From contig JAERSO010000149.1 in the NCBI GenBank assembly GCA_016845585.1, positions 42,872 through 106,871 on the forward strand: DNA of 64,000 nt. The letters are read 5' to 3'. The notes under the pieces were generated by a model. The model saw nothing but the letters and a program-made list of their open reading frames with translations, was not told where the DNA came from and did not search any database. A program made the translations under genes and the position numbers. Source of the DNA: Acidimicrobiaceae bacterium (GTDB lineage: Bacteria; Actinomycetota; Acidimicrobiia; Acidimicrobiales; Aldehydirespiratoraceae). Positions 40,838 to 51,580 of the stretch are shown here, in pieces; positions within the stretch are counted from its first letter, which is position 1; each line of letters begins with the position of its first letter.

Positions 40838-42208
40838 CTACCGGGCTGCACCGTAGGAGCGGGCATCGATCGTGTGGAGTAGCCCCGCGTCATCGGCGTC
40901 GAGGCGGTCACGAATCCCCGCGATCCAGCGCTGCGGGCGCTGAAGCGGTGTCGCGTGTACCCCAAAGTGCTCGCTGATCTCCGCTCGCAACTGCCGCGCC
41001 GTCGCCTGGCACCAGAAGGCTGCATTGAGCTCGGTGTTGTGGTTGAGCGAATTGTCGCGGAGGTTGGCCGAGCCGATCATGACGAAGTCGTCGTCGACCA
41101 TGACCGCCTTCGAGTGCACATGGATGTCGACGAGTTCGCCCTTCTGGTCGGTTCGGGGTCCCACGAGCGTGAAGTTCGGCCGCGTGGCCAGGCGTTCGAT
41201 CTCGGTGAACAGGTCGACGCACTCTCCTCGGTGCCTTGCGTTGCGGGCCGGCGCCTCGCCAGCGAAGGGGACAACGGCGAGTACCTCCACCCCTCGTGCC
41301 AGGGCTTCGCCGAGCAGCGGCAGGAGATCGGTCGACAGGATCGACTGATTCTCGATGTAGATCGCCTCACAGGCTCCCGCGAACGCCTCCTGGTACAACG
41401 CCAGGATGGATCGCTCCCCGACAGCGTCGGACCCTCCAGCAGCCGAGGACTCGCGACCGTAGAGACCGTGGTCCACGGTCCGAACGATTCGAACCGGCGT
41501 GGATCCGATGGGGTCCACCAGCGCCACCGCGCCGAGATCAGCGTTCCCGAGCCCACCCCACCGGCCATCGCGGGCACGTCGTTCCGAGGCACCGTTCCAG
41601 CGTTGGACGAAGTTGTTGGCGACATCGCTCACCGCGGGTCCGCGAACCTCGACCCCGATGTCGTGGAAGCCGGCGATGTCACGGTGGTCGTGATGAAGGT
41701 TGCGGGGATTGAGGTTCATCCCACCCACGAAGGCAACACCGCCTGGTGTCCCCGCGTCGATCGTCCATGCCTTTTGATGATGACAGCGACCGAGGTTCGG
41801 TCGATCCCAGCGAGCGCTGAGCTCACACCGGGTGGCCTCGAGCCAGGAGAACTGATCGGGAGTGCCGGCGAAGATGTCCGGTTCGAACACCGCCGTTCGC
41901 TCGTCGTGACGCCAGAACAGAACACGGACGTCCACCCCACGAGCACTTGCCGCGGAAAGCAGTTCGAAGAAGCTCCGCCCACTGCGTGGGAAGCGAAACT
42001 CAGAGGAAATGAACGCGATGGTCACCCAGACCGACTGCACCGCCTCATCGATGGCCTGCTCCACCGCGCCGAACATGCACTGTCCATCGATCAGCGGACG
42101 AACGACGTTGCCGGGCCGTGTCGGCGTGCCCCCGACCTCTGACCGACGGGTCATTCGTTCGATGCCTAGCCCCGCGATGCCCGCGTGATCTCGACCGGGT
42201 GGTGACAC
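40838..42208 (-). CDS. Phospholipase D family protein (two HKD motifs, cardiolipin-synthase-like)
   Basis: HxKxxxxD motifs: CHHQKAWTID and HVHSKAVMVDD. Confidence 0.75.
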   Translation of the reverse strand: MSPPGRDHAGIAGLGIERMTRRSEVGGTPTRPGNVVRPLIDGQCMFGAVEQAIDEAVQSVWVTIAFISSEFRFPRSGRSFFELLSAASARGVDVRVLFWRHDERTAVFEPDIFAGTPDQFSWLEATRCELSARWDRPNLGRCHHQKAWTIDAGTPGGVAFVGGMNLNPRNLHHDHRDIAGFHDIGVEVRGPAVSDVANNFVQRWNGASERRARDGRWGGLGNADLGAVALVDPIGSTPVRIVRTVDHGLYGRESSAAGGSDAVGERSILALYQEAFAGACEAIYIENQSILSTDLLPLLGEALARGVEVLAVVPFAGEAPARNARHRGECVDLFTEIERLATRPNFTLVGPRTDQKGELVDIHVHSKAVMVDDDFVMIGSANLRDNSLNHNTELNAAFWCQATARQLRAEISEHFGVHATPLQRPQRWIAGIRDRLDADDAGLLHTIDARSYGAAR

Positions 42209-43176
42209 GCCACATAGTGGTCGCCGTCACCCACCTGTTCCATTTGCGGCTCCTCAGCGATGCAGAGCGCAGTGACGTACGGGCACCGGGTGCGGAACCT
42301 GCAGCCGCCAGGAGGGTCGATCGGGGACGGGATCTCGCCGTCGATGTCACCCTCGTTCACGTCGACGGTCGGCGCCGGTTGGGGAATCGAGGCCAACATG
42401 GCCCGCGTGTAGGGGTGCCGGGGTTCTTCGTAGAGGAGGTCGGCGTTGCCGATCTCACAGACCTTCCCGAGGTACATCACGATGATTCGATCGCTGACGT
42501 TCTTCACGACGCTCAGATCGTGGCTGATGAAGAGCACCGTCAATCCGTAGCGCTGCTTCATGTCCTCGAGCAGGTTCAGGATCTGGGCCTGCACCGACAC
42601 GTCGAGGGCGGACACCGGTTCGTCACAGATCAGCACCTTCGGGTCGAGCGCCAACGCCCGTGCGATCCCGACGCGCTGCGCCTGTCCGCCCGAGAACTGG
42701 TGGACTCGCCGGTCGCCGTACTTCGGGTCGATGCCGACCATCTGCATCAGATCGTCGATTCGGTCCTCGGTCCACGGGCCCCGGCCTTGCCGCCAGATCT
42801 GGAGGCCTTCGGTGATGACGTCGCGGACTCGCCGTCGCGGGTTGAGTGAGGAGATCGGATCCTGGAAGATCATCTGGAGGTCGGGTCGCAGCGCACGCAG
42901 CCCTTCACCGCCCACGAGGGCCAGGTCGTGATCGAGATAGCGAACACTGCCGCCGGCGATCGCATTGAGCCGCACGACCGAGCGCGCAACCGTCGACTTG
43001 CCGCAACCCGACTCGCCGACGATGCCGAGTGTCTCTCCTTCCATCACATCGAAGCTGATGCCGCTGACCGCGTGCACCACGTCGTGGCGACCGACCGGGA
43101 ACTCAACGGTCAGGTCCTCGATCTCGAGGATGACATGCTCGCTTCGTCGGAGGGCAGCGTGCCCGGAGCCGGCCAT
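42166..43176 (-). CDS. Oligopeptide/dipeptide ABC transporter ATP-binding protein (OppF/DppF-like)
   Basis: Walker A GESGCGKST, signature LSGGQAQR, Walker B. C-terminal oligopeptide-type extension with Cys cluster. Confidence 0.85.
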   Translation of the reverse strand: MAGSGHAALRRSEHVILEIEDLTVEFPVGRHDVVHAVSGISFDVMEGETLGIVGESGCGKSTVARSVVRLNAIAGGSVRYLDHDLALVGGEGLRALRPDLQMIFQDPISSLNPRRRVRDVITEGLQIWRQGRGPWTEDRIDDLMQMVGIDPKYGDRRVHQFSGGQAQRVGIARALALDPKVLICDEPVSALDVSVQAQILNLLEDMKQRYGLTVLFISHDLSVVKNVSDRIIVMYLGKVCEIGNADLLYEEPRHPYTRAMLASIPQPAPTVDVNEGDIDGEIPSPIDPPGGCRFRTRCPYVTALCIAEEPQMEQVGDGDHYVACHHPVEITRASRG

Positions 43177-44228
43177 CAGGAGCGCCTCCGTTGGCCGATC
43201 TCGAGTCCGGCCGCAGTCACGCCGGCCGCGATATTGGTCGCCAACGCTTCCCTGCCATCACGGGTGTTGGCCGGATGGTGACACGCGAAGTCGTGCCCCT
43301 CGCCTGCCGACGCGATCCTCGGAACCGAGGTCAGACAGTCGGGCTGGGCGTAGCGGCACCGGGGAGCGAATGCGCAGCCGAGCGGCGGGCTGATCAACTC
43401 CGGCGGCCGACCGGGGATCGGATCGAGACGGGTGTGACTCGGTTGATCGATCCTCGGGATGGAGCGCAGGAGTGCGTCCGTGTAGGGGTGTCGAGAGCCG
43501 TCGAAAAGCGTCTCGGTGGCGGCCCGTTCGACGACTCGGCCGGCGTACATCACCGCAACCTCGTCACACCGTCCACGCGCCACACCGAGGTCGTGCGTGA
43601 TCAGGATCATCGACATGCCGCGCTCCTTGCGAAGCGAGTCGAGCAGGTCGAGAATGCGCTTCTGCACCGTCACGTCGATGGCCGTCGTGGGTTCGTCGGC
43701 GATCAACAGGTCGGGTTCGCAAGCCAGGGCCATGGCGATGACGACGCGTTGCCGGAGCCCACCCGACAGTTGATGCGGGTATTGATCGACTCGCTTCGCG
43801 GGTTCCGGGACACCGACCTGTTCGAGCAGCGCCGTGGCGTTCTTCCTCGCCGTGGCCCTGTCCTGGCCGAGGTGATAGCGCAGGGTCTCCGCGATCTGCT
43901 CGCCACACTTCTTCACGGGATTGAGCGACGTCGTCGGATCTTGGAACACCATGGTCATCCGAACACCCCAGAAGTGCTCCCCGCCGGTGACGGCCAGTCC
44001 GCGGACATCCTCACCGTCGAAACGCACCCGACCGTCGACCTCAGCGGTGCGCGGCAACAGGTTCATCAACGCCTTCGCGGTGACGGACTTGCCCGAGCCG
44101 GACTCGCCGACGATGCCCAGAGTCGCTCCCCGCTCGAGGGAGAACGAGACACCGTTGACAGCTTCCACCACACCCCGTGTCGTCGGGAATCGTACGTGAA
44201 GGTCTCGTACCGAGAGTTGGGTGGCCAT
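43176..44228 (-). CDS. Oligopeptide/dipeptide ABC transporter ATP-binding protein (OppD/DppD-like)
   Basis: Walker [10 protein letters not shown], signature LSGGLRQR. C-terminal Cys-rich extension. Confidence 0.85.
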   Translation of the reverse strand: MATQLSVRDLHVRFPTTRGVVEAVNGVSFSLERGATLGIVGESGSGKSVTAKALMNLLPRTAEVDGRVRFDGEDVRGLAVTGGEHFWGVRMTMVFQDPTTSLNPVKKCGEQIAETLRYHLGQDRATARKNATALLEQVGVPEPAKRVDQYPHQLSGGLRQRVVIAMALACEPDLLIADEPTTAIDVTVQKRILDLLDSLRKERGMSMILITHDLGVARGRCDEVAVMYAGRVVERAATETLFDGSRHPYTDALLRSIPRIDQPSHTRLDPIPGRPPELISPPLGCAFAPRCRYAQPDCLTSVPRIASAGEGHDFACHHPANTRDGREALATNIAAGVTAAGLEIGQRRRS

Positions 44229-44237
44229 CCTGATCCC

Positions 44238-45110
44238 CTAGAAGGCCGTCTCGCGGACGTCGAAGTACTCGCGTACCCGATCGCCGGCGTAGTTGAGGGC
44301 GAGAACGGTCAGGAACATGATGCCGATCGGGAAGAGCGCGACGTTGGGGTTCTGTTCGAGATCGCGGGCCTGGGACCCGTCGACGATCGACTTGCCCCAC
44401 GACACAGCGTCGCCCTCGACCGACAGGCCGAGGAACGCCAGTGAGCCCTCGGCAACGATGGCGATGCCCATCCCGAGCAGGGCGAGCGCACTCATCGGGA
44501 TCATCACGTTGGGGAGGATCTCCCGAACGATGATGCGCTTGCTGTCCGCGCCGAGCACTCGAGCCGCCTGCACGAACTCGCGCTCCGCGAAGACGATCGT
44601 GTTGGCGCGGGCAAGGCGCCCCACGGGAGCGATCGACAAGATTCCGAGCGTGAGGCTGACGGTGAGTTGGTTGCGGTCGATGAGTGCCGTGATCAACAGC
44701 GCCAGGACGAGCCCGGGGAATGAAAGCAGGGTGAAGAAGCTGAAGCTGATCACCTGGTCGACCAGGCCGCGGAAGTAGCCGGCCACAATGCCGAGTCCGC
44801 CACCGACGATGATCCCGAAGAGGATGGCGAGGAAGCCGACCAGCAGGGAGATCCGGGCGCCGAAGATGGTCCGGGAGAAGACGTCGCGACCGAGCGCGTC
44901 CGTTCCGAACAGATGGTCGGGAGATGGCCCTTCCCTCGGTCCTCCGGCGCCGATCTCGTGTGGGTCGTCGATCGGGAGCCAGTCGGCGAAGAAGGCGAGA
45001 ACGACCAGGAGGGCGAGCCACCCGACGGCAAGCCAGAACGCCCGACCGAGATCCTTCTCGACGAGTTCGAGTCCGTCCTCGAGGTCGGTGACCGATCGTT
45101 CGGCGCTCAC
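44238..45110 (-). CDS. ABC transporter permease (OppC/DppC-like)
   Basis: 290 aa, six TM helices, EAA-like loop. Confidence 0.8.
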   Translation of the reverse strand: MSAERSVTDLEDGLELVEKDLGRAFWLAVGWLALLVVLAFFADWLPIDDPHEIGAGGPREGPSPDHLFGTDALGRDVFSRTIFGARISLLVGFLAILFGIIVGGGLGIVAGYFRGLVDQVISFSFFTLLSFPGLVLALLITALIDRNQLTVSLTLGILSIAPVGRLARANTIVFAEREFVQAARVLGADSKRIIVREILPNVMIPMSALALLGMGIAIVAEGSLAFLGLSVEGDAVSWGKSIVDGSQARDLEQNPNVALFPIGIMFLTVLALNYAGDRVREYFDVRETAF

Positions 45111-46114
45111 TGGGTTCGCACCCGGGGATCGAGCCAGCCGTAGAGCAGGTCGACCGCGAAGTTGATGATGACGAACGCGGTGGCGACGATGACCACCCCG
45201 GCGAGCACCACCGGGAAGTCATCACGAGCCACGGCGGCGACGAGTTCACGGCCCACGCCGGGAATCAGGTAGATCTGTTCGACGACGAGCGAGCCGCCGA
45301 TCAGCGCGCCCGTCTGGACACCGAAGACCGTGACCACGGAGAACAACGACGGCCGAAGCGCATGCCGGAACAGGATGTGACGATTCGTCATGCCCTTGGC
45401 CCTCGCCATGTGCACGAAGTCCTCCTGCAAGGTGGTGATCAGATCGGTGCGCAGGAGTCGCTGATACCCGGCCGCGAGCCCGCTCCCCAGAGTGAGCGCG
45501 GGAAGGAAGAGTGATCGGAGTTCGCCCCACAGGCTGGAACTGTCATAGCTCGACGGGAACAGCCCGACCTTCAAGCCGAAGAGGTACAACAGGATCACGC
45601 CCAAGGCGAAACTCGGCATGGCGAGTGCCGCCATCGAGACCACGGAGAGCACCCGATCGGCGCGGCGATTGGCACGATACGCGCCGTAGACGCCCAGCGG
45701 GATCGCCAGGCCGAGAGCGATCACCTCGGCATAGACCATCAATTTGATCGACGCCGGCAGCTTGTCCATCAGGATCTCCGAGACCGGCACTCCCTCGCTC
45801 TGGAAGGACGTCCCGAAGTCGCCCCGCACTGCGTCGCCCAGCCAGAGCACGTACCGCTTCAGCAGCGGCTCATCGAGACGGAACTCCGACCGCACCTCGG
45901 CGATGATCTCGCAATCGGTGCGGTTGCCGTCGAGCGCCGACGATGTGGCCTCGGCATCCCCGCGAGCGACGGCATCACAGTCGATTTCGGCCAACGGCCC
46001 AACGATGTTGAACAGTGGGTCGCCGAGCGTGTTCATCGCGCCGAACGCGAGGAACGTCACTGCCAACAGCACCGCGACGAGCAACGCGACGCGCCGAAGC
46101 AGCAGCGCCTTCAT
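45107..46114 (-). CDS. ABC transporter permease (OppB/DppB-like)
   Basis: 335 aa, six TM helices with the characteristic long N-terminal periplasmic loop. Confidence 0.8.
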   Translation of the reverse strand: MKALLLRRVALLVAVLLAVTFLAFGAMNTLGDPLFNIVGPLAEIDCDAVARGDAEATSSALDGNRTDCEIIAEVRSEFRLDEPLLKRYVLWLGDAVRGDFGTSFQSEGVPVSEILMDKLPASIKLMVYAEVIALGLAIPLGVYGAYRANRRADRVLSVVSMAALAMPSFALGVILLYLFGLKVGLFPSSYDSSSLWGELRSLFLPALTLGSGLAAGYQRLLRTDLITTLQEDFVHMARAKGMTNRHILFRHALRPSLFSVVTVFGVQTGALIGGSLVVEQIYLIPGVGRELVAAVARDDFPVVLAGVVIVATAFVIINFAVDLLYGWLDPRVRTQ

Positions 46115-46148
46115 CCGGGATGCCGCACTGCTCGCACTGGGAGGACGC

Positions 46149-47897
46149 CTACTCCGAGATCCAGGTGTCGTGGAAGAAGGTCACGCCGGCGTTGCTGCAG
46201 AAGATCTCTTCACCGGTCGGTGCGAGCTGCGGGCAGATGTTCTGCACCCGTTCGTGGCTCCCGATGGTCCAGTTGGCGTGGGTCATGAAGACGTAGGCGT
46301 AGGACTCCTGGATGTCGACCTGGATCTCTCGCCAGATCTCGACCCGGCGATCCAGGTCCGTCGTCTGTCGCTGTTCCTGCATGAGTGCGTCGCGGCTCTC
46401 GTCGCAGTACCGAACCCAGTTGAGCGCGATGAACTTGTCGGCGGTGGCGCACTGGAGCCAGATCACCTCATTGTCGGGATCGATCGAACCGAACTGACGC
46501 CACGTCACGACCTGCCACTCGCCGATCGCCACGTTCGAGATCAGGTCGGCCTGGAGAACCTCGACGACGCTGACATTGAAGAACTCACCCCACCCGGCCG
46601 TGAGCAGATCGGCAACCCGGGTCTGCACCACCGACGGACCGGAATGCATGAACTCGATGTCGACCTTGCCGTCGGTGCAATCGTCGGGGACCTCGCCGCA
46701 GTAGGCATCCACCAGTGGCTGAACCAGTTCCGGACTATTGCCCTCCTGAATGACATCGGGATTGTTCCAGATCAGATCCGGATGGAACATCGAGTCGGCC
46801 ATGGGCGAGGTGCCCTGGGAGATCAGCGCGGCGAACCCGTCTCGATCGGTTGCGAACGTCAGCGCCTGCCGGACCCGGATGTCGTCGAAGGGCGGCTTGC
46901 TCGTGTTCATCATGATGTCGTTGTCACTCGCCAAGAGATTCTCGATCATGTTGACGTTGTCCGAGTCGCGCATCGTGAGGATCGCATCGGGGTTCGAGGT
47001 CACGATGACATCGAGATCCCCGGCCGCGAGCCGATCCGCGGCGATGGCGGTGTCGGTCTGGATGATGAACTCGATGCGGTCGAGATGGACGTCGCCACCC
47101 CACCAGTCGGGGTTCTTCACCACGATGGTGCGGTCGTCCTTGACCCGGCTCTCGAACATGAACGGACCCGTGCCGATCAGCGTCTGGTTCGTTCGGGAAT
47201 TCTGGGCGGCGGCCTCGGTGTACTCGCTCGGCACGATCATGCCGAGCTGGGAGGTGAGGTTCACCGGGAAGTGCTCGCTCTGACCGAGCGGGTTGAACTG
47301 CACGGTGAGATCGTCGATCTTCTCGATCGCCGGCCCCTCGAACGAGAACGGGTAGGACGGCTGGATCGCAAGACTGATCAACGGGTCCTTGATCTGGGCG
47401 TTGAAGAGGGCGATGACATCGTCGGCATCGAGATCCGAGCCGTCGTGGAACGTGATGCCCTCGCGGAGTTTCACCCGCCAGCTGGGCCCTCCCTCGTGCT
47501 TCTCGAAGGATTCGGCCAGCCAAGGGAACCAGTTGCCCTCGGCATCGAAGTACGCGAGCGGCTCGAGCATCGTGAAGTCGATGAGGTAGGTGGACGTCGC
47601 CATGCTGTTCGCACCAGGGTTCAGGCCGTCGACTTCGGCGCCGAGCCCGACCCGCAGCGTTCCCCCGGGAGTGATCCCACCCTCGAGAACCGGGGCCTCA
47701 CTCGTGGTCACGGTGGGAACGACCGCAGTGCCCTCCGCGTCATCGCCGGTGACGTCCTCGTCACCGGTGTCGTCCGTCGCGCCGCCATCCCCACCGCCAC
47801 ATGCCCCGGCCGGCAGCGCCAGCGCGAGAAGCGCCGCCACCAATCGCCCGGCGCGTCCAACTCTCGAAATCGAGGGGCTCATGGCCATGGTCTCCAA
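46149..47897 (-). CDS. ABC transporter substrate-binding lipoprotein, family 5 (peptide/nickel-binding)
   Basis: 582 aa. Lipobox LPAGAC. SBP_bac_5-type sequence. Confidence 0.8.
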   Translation of the reverse strand: METMAMSPSISRVGRAGRLVAALLALALPAGACGGGDGGATDDTGDEDVTGDDAEGTAVVPTVTTSEAPVLEGGITPGGTLRVGLGAEVDGLNPGANSMATSTYLIDFTMLEPLAYFDAEGNWFPWLAESFEKHEGGPSWRVKLREGITFHDGSDLDADDVIALFNAQIKDPLISLAIQPSYPFSFEGPAIEKIDDLTVQFNPLGQSEHFPVNLTSQLGMIVPSEYTEAAAQNSRTNQTLIGTGPFMFESRVKDDRTIVVKNPDWWGGDVHLDRIEFIIQTDTAIAADRLAAGDLDVIVTSNPDAILTMRDSDNVNMIENLLASDNDIMMNTSKPPFDDIRVRQALTFATDRDGFAALISQGTSPMADSMFHPDLIWNNPDVIQEGNSPELVQPLVDAYCGEVPDDCTDGKVDIEFMHSGPSVVQTRVADLLTAGWGEFFNVSVVEVLQADLISNVAIGEWQVVTWRQFGSIDPDNEVIWLQCATADKFIALNWVRYCDESRDALMQEQRQTTDLDRRVEIWREIQVDIQESYAYVFMTHANWTIGSHERVQNICPQLAPTGEEIFCSNAGVTFFHDTWISE

Positions 47898-47995
47898 TGG
47901 TGTTCGGGCATGGCCGACACGGCGATGCGACGCAGGGCAGCAGCGTGTCAGTCCGCCCGACGGCGATCAAGTCCGAGTGAAGGCAACCGCTACAC

Positions 47996-50284
47996 GTGGT
48001 CGATCACGCCACCACGCGTAAGCATCCGCCCCAACCCGCAGCGGCTTCGGTAACTTCTGATTTCGGGTATCCATCCGTCGTCTCGGGAGTCCCGTTGAGC
48101 CGTACGCGCGAGCAGAGCACTGAGACTGTCGAGCCTGCACGCGCCGACGCGCTCGCGCGTCTCGCGGCGCTCGCCGATCCCGAACTCGACAACCTCACCC
48201 GCACGTTGCAGATGCGGGTGGCGCTGAACCAACTCGACGGCGCCGCGCTCGTCGTCGACATCGATGGCACGGTCCTCGATACCAATGACGCCATCGGCGG
48301 TCTCGGGGTCAACCGGGACGATCTGCGGGGCCGGCCCCTGTGGGCCCCGACCCTCTGGCACATCGCCGATGCCGACGCGGTACTCGCCCCGTTGGTCGAG
48401 TCCTGCGTCGACGGGCGCACGGGTTCTCGCACCATCGACATCGGCGAGATCGAACCGCGGCCACTCCGGGTCGGGGTCACGCCGATCTTCGATCCGGTGC
48501 GGGTGTCCGGCCCTCGCATCGTCACCCTGTTGCTCGCCGAGCTCCACCCGCTCACGGATCGACAGGAGACCGACGCGATCATCGCGGCCACGGCGCAGAA
48601 GCTCGCCGCAGCCGAGGACATCTTCCGCGCCGTCGCCGAGTACACGAGCGACCTGGTCTGCCTGCACGAGCCCGATGGAACCTTCACCTATGTGTCGCCC
48701 TCGGCGAAGCGCCTCCTCGATCTCAACCCCGGATCGGTTGTCGGAATCCACCCCGTCGACCTGGCCCACCCGAGCACGCGCAACGCCCTGGTTCAGGCGC
48801 TCCAGGACGCTTCTCGCCGCGGATCGGAGCCGACCCGTTTTCGGCACCGACTCCGCCATCGCAATGGCAGCTACCGATGGTTCGAGACATCGATCACCCC
48901 GATCCGCGACACGACCGAGGAACTGCATCAGTTGCAGTCGTCGAGCCGGGACATCACCGAGCAGCGCGAGACCGAGCAGAGTCTGATCAAGAAGGCGTTC
49001 CACGACGAACTGACGGGTCTGCCGAACAAGGCGTTGCTCATCGACCGCATGACCCAGGCGTTCGCCGCGTCTGCGCGCACCAAGCAGCCCGTCGGCGTGC
49101 TCTTCATCGACCTCGACGGGTTCAAGACCATCAACGACACACTCGGCCACCAGAGCGGCGACACCGCGCTGACGAAGGTCGCCGAGCGACTCACTGCGAT
49201 CGTGCGCCCCGGCGACACCCTTGCGCGGATCGGCGGCGACGAATTCGTGATGCTCTGCGCCGGCACCGACGGTGCTCGCGGGGCCACGGCGGTCGCCCGC
49301 CGCATCATCGACGCCTTCGAGCAGCCGTTCGTCCTCGACGGCCGCGACGTCGACCTCGGGGCGTCGATCGGCATCGCCACGGCGGTCGGCGACAATGATC
49401 CGGCTGCCGTGCTCGACAAGGCCGACACCGCCATGTACGAGGCGAAGCACGAAGGACGCGGCCGGTTCGCGATACACAACGAAGCCGATCAGAGCCTCGC
49501 CCTCGAACGCCTGGACACCGAAGAAGCCCTGCGTCGGGCCATCGAGAACGATGAGTTACGACTGCACTACCAGCCCGAACTCGACCTCGAGTCGAACCGG
49601 ATCGTCGGCTTCGAGGCCTTGGTCCGCTGGCAGCGGCCCGATGGGCAAATGATCCCGCCGGGCGATTTCATCCCGTTGGCCGAGGAGAGTGGCCTCATCG
49701 TCGAAATCGGGCGATGGGTGATCCGCGAGGCCTGTCAGCAAGCCGCGCGATGGCGGGTGCACCGCACGCCGGAGCAGGAGCCCGTGCGCATCTGGGTGAA
49801 CCTCTCGGCTCGCCAGCTCGGCGACCCTGACCTGATCGACTATGTGCAGAGCGCGGTCGACGACGCCGGCATCACCACCGACGAGATCTGCCTCGAGATC
49901 ACCGAGTCGGCGCTGATGGGCGACGCAGAGTCCGCCACCGAGCAACTCGACGAGCTCCGCTGCCTGGGCATCAGCCTCGGTATCGACGACTTCGGCACCG
50001 GCTGGTCGCAGTTCGCCTATCTCCAGCGCCTCCCTCTCGACGTGTTGAAGATCGACCGTTCGTTCGTCTCCGGGCTCGGCACCGAGAAGAGCGCGGCCAC
50101 GATCGTTGCGGCCATCATCGACCTCGCGCACGCCCTCGGCCTGATCGTGATCGCCGAGGGCGTCGAGACCCGCCAGCAACTCGAGGTCCTCGCCGACCTC
50201 GATTGTGACCAGGCGCTCGGGTTCTACTTCTCCCGACCCCTGTCAGCCGAGACCTTCGACGAGGTGCTCACTCCCCTGTCGTAG
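47996..50284 (+). CDS. PAS-PAS-GGDEF-EAL signalling protein (c-di-GMP synthase/phosphodiesterase)
   Basis: GGDEF motif (RIGGDEFVM), EAL motif (FEALVRW), and the downstream DDFGTG and KIDRSF blocks. The start is uncertain: the N-terminal ~30 aa are atypical. Confidence 0.85.
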   Translation: MVDHATTRKHPPQPAAASVTSDFGYPSVVSGVPLSRTREQSTETVEPARADALARLAALADPELDNLTRTLQMRVALNQLDGAALVVDIDGTVLDTNDAIGGLGVNRDDLRGRPLWAPTLWHIADADAVLAPLVESCVDGRTGSRTIDIGEIEPRPLRVGVTPIFDPVRVSGPRIVTLLLAELHPLTDRQETDAIIAATAQKLAAAEDIFRAVAEYTSDLVCLHEPDGTFTYVSPSAKRLLDLNPGSVVGIHPVDLAHPSTRNALVQALQDASRRGSEPTRFRHRLRHRNGSYRWFETSITPIRDTTEELHQLQSSSRDITEQRETEQSLIKKAFHDELTGLPNKALLIDRMTQAFAASARTKQPVGVLFIDLDGFKTINDTLGHQSGDTALTKVAERLTAIVRPGDTLARIGGDEFVMLCAGTDGARGATAVARRIIDAFEQPFVLDGRDVDLGASIGIATAVGDNDPAAVLDKADTAMYEAKHEGRGRFAIHNEADQSLALERLDTEEALRRAIENDELRLHYQPELDLESNRIVGFEALVRWQRPDGQMIPPGDFIPLAEESGLIVEIGRWVIREACQQAARWRVHRTPEQEPVRIWVNLSARQLGDPDLIDYVQSAVDDAGITTDEICLEITESALMGDAESATEQLDELRCLGISLGIDDFGTGWSQFAYLQRLPLDVLKIDRSFVSGLGTEKSAATIVAAIIDLAHALGLIVIAEGVETRQQLEVLADLDCDQALGFYFSRPLSAETFDEVLTPLS

Positions 50285-50855
50285 CCGGCACCAGCATGTC
50301 GATGGCGTTGCAGAACTCCGCACAGAGCGAACCATTGGGAGCGAGTCCCGTCACCCAGCGGGTGGACGCCGAGCTCCAGACGTGCCCGATCACCCGGGCG
50401 ATCTCCGTCGCGTTGGGATGATCGTCGCCGAGTGCGGTAACGATCAGGGCGCGCTGCTCGTCCTCCACGTCGAGCTTGTGCGGGCCCGAAGCCGGCGATG
50501 TCGACCCCTGAGCGCGTACGAGCGCCTGCATCAGCATCGGTGACGCCTCGACCGATCGAGCGACGCCCGAGAGAAGGCGGGTGAGCCGCTCATGGGGCGT
50601 GTCGCAGCGGACTTCCTCTTCCTCGAGCTTCTTGCGAGTGAGCCGCAGCCATCCCGCCAGCCCGGCGATCAGGAGATCGTCCTTGCTGGAGAAATACCGG
50701 TAGATGGTGCCGAGGGCCACACCGGAGCGATCGGCAACGGCACGCATCTGGACGGCGTCATAACCGCCTTCGGCCCCGAGCCGAATCGCGGCTTCGAGCA
50801 CCTGTCGTCGGCGCATCTCCTGCCCGGCAGAGCGTCGGGACCCCTCCTGAGTCAT
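50268..50855 (-). CDS. TetR/AcrR family transcriptional regulator
   Basis: N-terminal HTH VQMRAVADRSGVALGTIYRYFSSKDDL. Start at MTQEGS, the internal ATG of the track ORF. Confidence 0.8.
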   Translation of the reverse strand: MTQEGSRRSAGQEMRRRQVLEAAIRLGAEGGYDAVQMRAVADRSGVALGTIYRYFSSKDDLLIAGLAGWLRLTRKKLEEEEVRCDTPHERLTRLLSGVARSVEASPMLMQALVRAQGSTSPASGPHKLDVEDEQRALIVTALGDDHPNATEIARVIGHVWSSASTRWVTGLAPNGSLCAEFCNAIDMLVPATTGE

Positions 50856-50872
50856 GAAGGGAAGTGTGACGG

Positions 50873-51562
50873 ATGACGGTGGCCGACGTCGAATCGACGG
50901 TAGCGTCGCGTCCTGTGACCGGCGGATTCCTTGACATCCTCGGCCCGGAAGCACCTCGCTGGCGGGCGAACATGCGGCGACGGCGCTACAGCCGTTACGA
51001 AGTCGTCTTCCACGAGGGCGACCCGGGCGACACCCTGCACGTGATCGACAAGGGCCGCGTGCTCGTGGAGACCACCACCAGCATCGGCGATGTGGCGGCG
51101 CTGTCGGTCCGCGGACCCGGTGAAGTGATCGGCGAGCTCGCGCTCGTCGGCGACGGGCGCCGCACCGCCAGTGTCACAGCCCTCGAACCCACCGAGACCC
51201 TGAGCCTGACCCAGGGCATGCTCGAGGACCTCCGCACCACGGACGCTCGCGTCGATCGCTATCTCGTGGAGCTCCTCGCCGAGAAGCTGGCCGAGACGAC
51301 GGCGCAGCTGAGGGAGGTGCTCTTCGTGCCGGTCGAGGAGCGGGTCCTGAGGGTGGTCGATCGACTGGCCCGCGCCTTCGACGAGGGGAACGCCCCGATC
51401 GTCATCCGGGTCCGCCAGGAGGACATCGCGGCGATGGCCGGCACCCGCCGCCAAACCGCGAACCGGCCGCTGAAAGCGGCCGAGGCCGCCGGTGCGGTTC
51501 GCATCGGTCGCGGCCGCGTCGAAGTCGTCGACCGGGAACTCCTCCGCGAACTCGCCTACTGA
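50873..51562 (+). CDS. Crp/Fnr family transcriptional regulator (cNMP-binding + HTH)
   Basis: cNMP-binding beta-barrel (FHEGDPGDTLHVIDKGRV...GEVIGELAL) and C-terminal HTH. Only ~17 bp separate its start from that of the TetR gene; an alternative ATG lies at ~50972. Confidence 0.75.
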   Translation: MTVADVESTVASRPVTGGFLDILGPEAPRWRANMRRRRYSRYEVVFHEGDPGDTLHVIDKGRVLVETTTSIGDVAALSVRGPGEVIGELALVGDGRRTASVTALEPTETLSLTQGMLEDLRTTDARVDRYLVELLAEKLAETTAQLREVLFVPVEERVLRVVDRLARAFDEGNAPIVIRVRQEDIAAMAGTRRQTANRPLKAAEAAGAVRIGRGRVEVVDRELLRELAY

Positions 51563-51580
51563 CGCCCGACGATCCTCGCG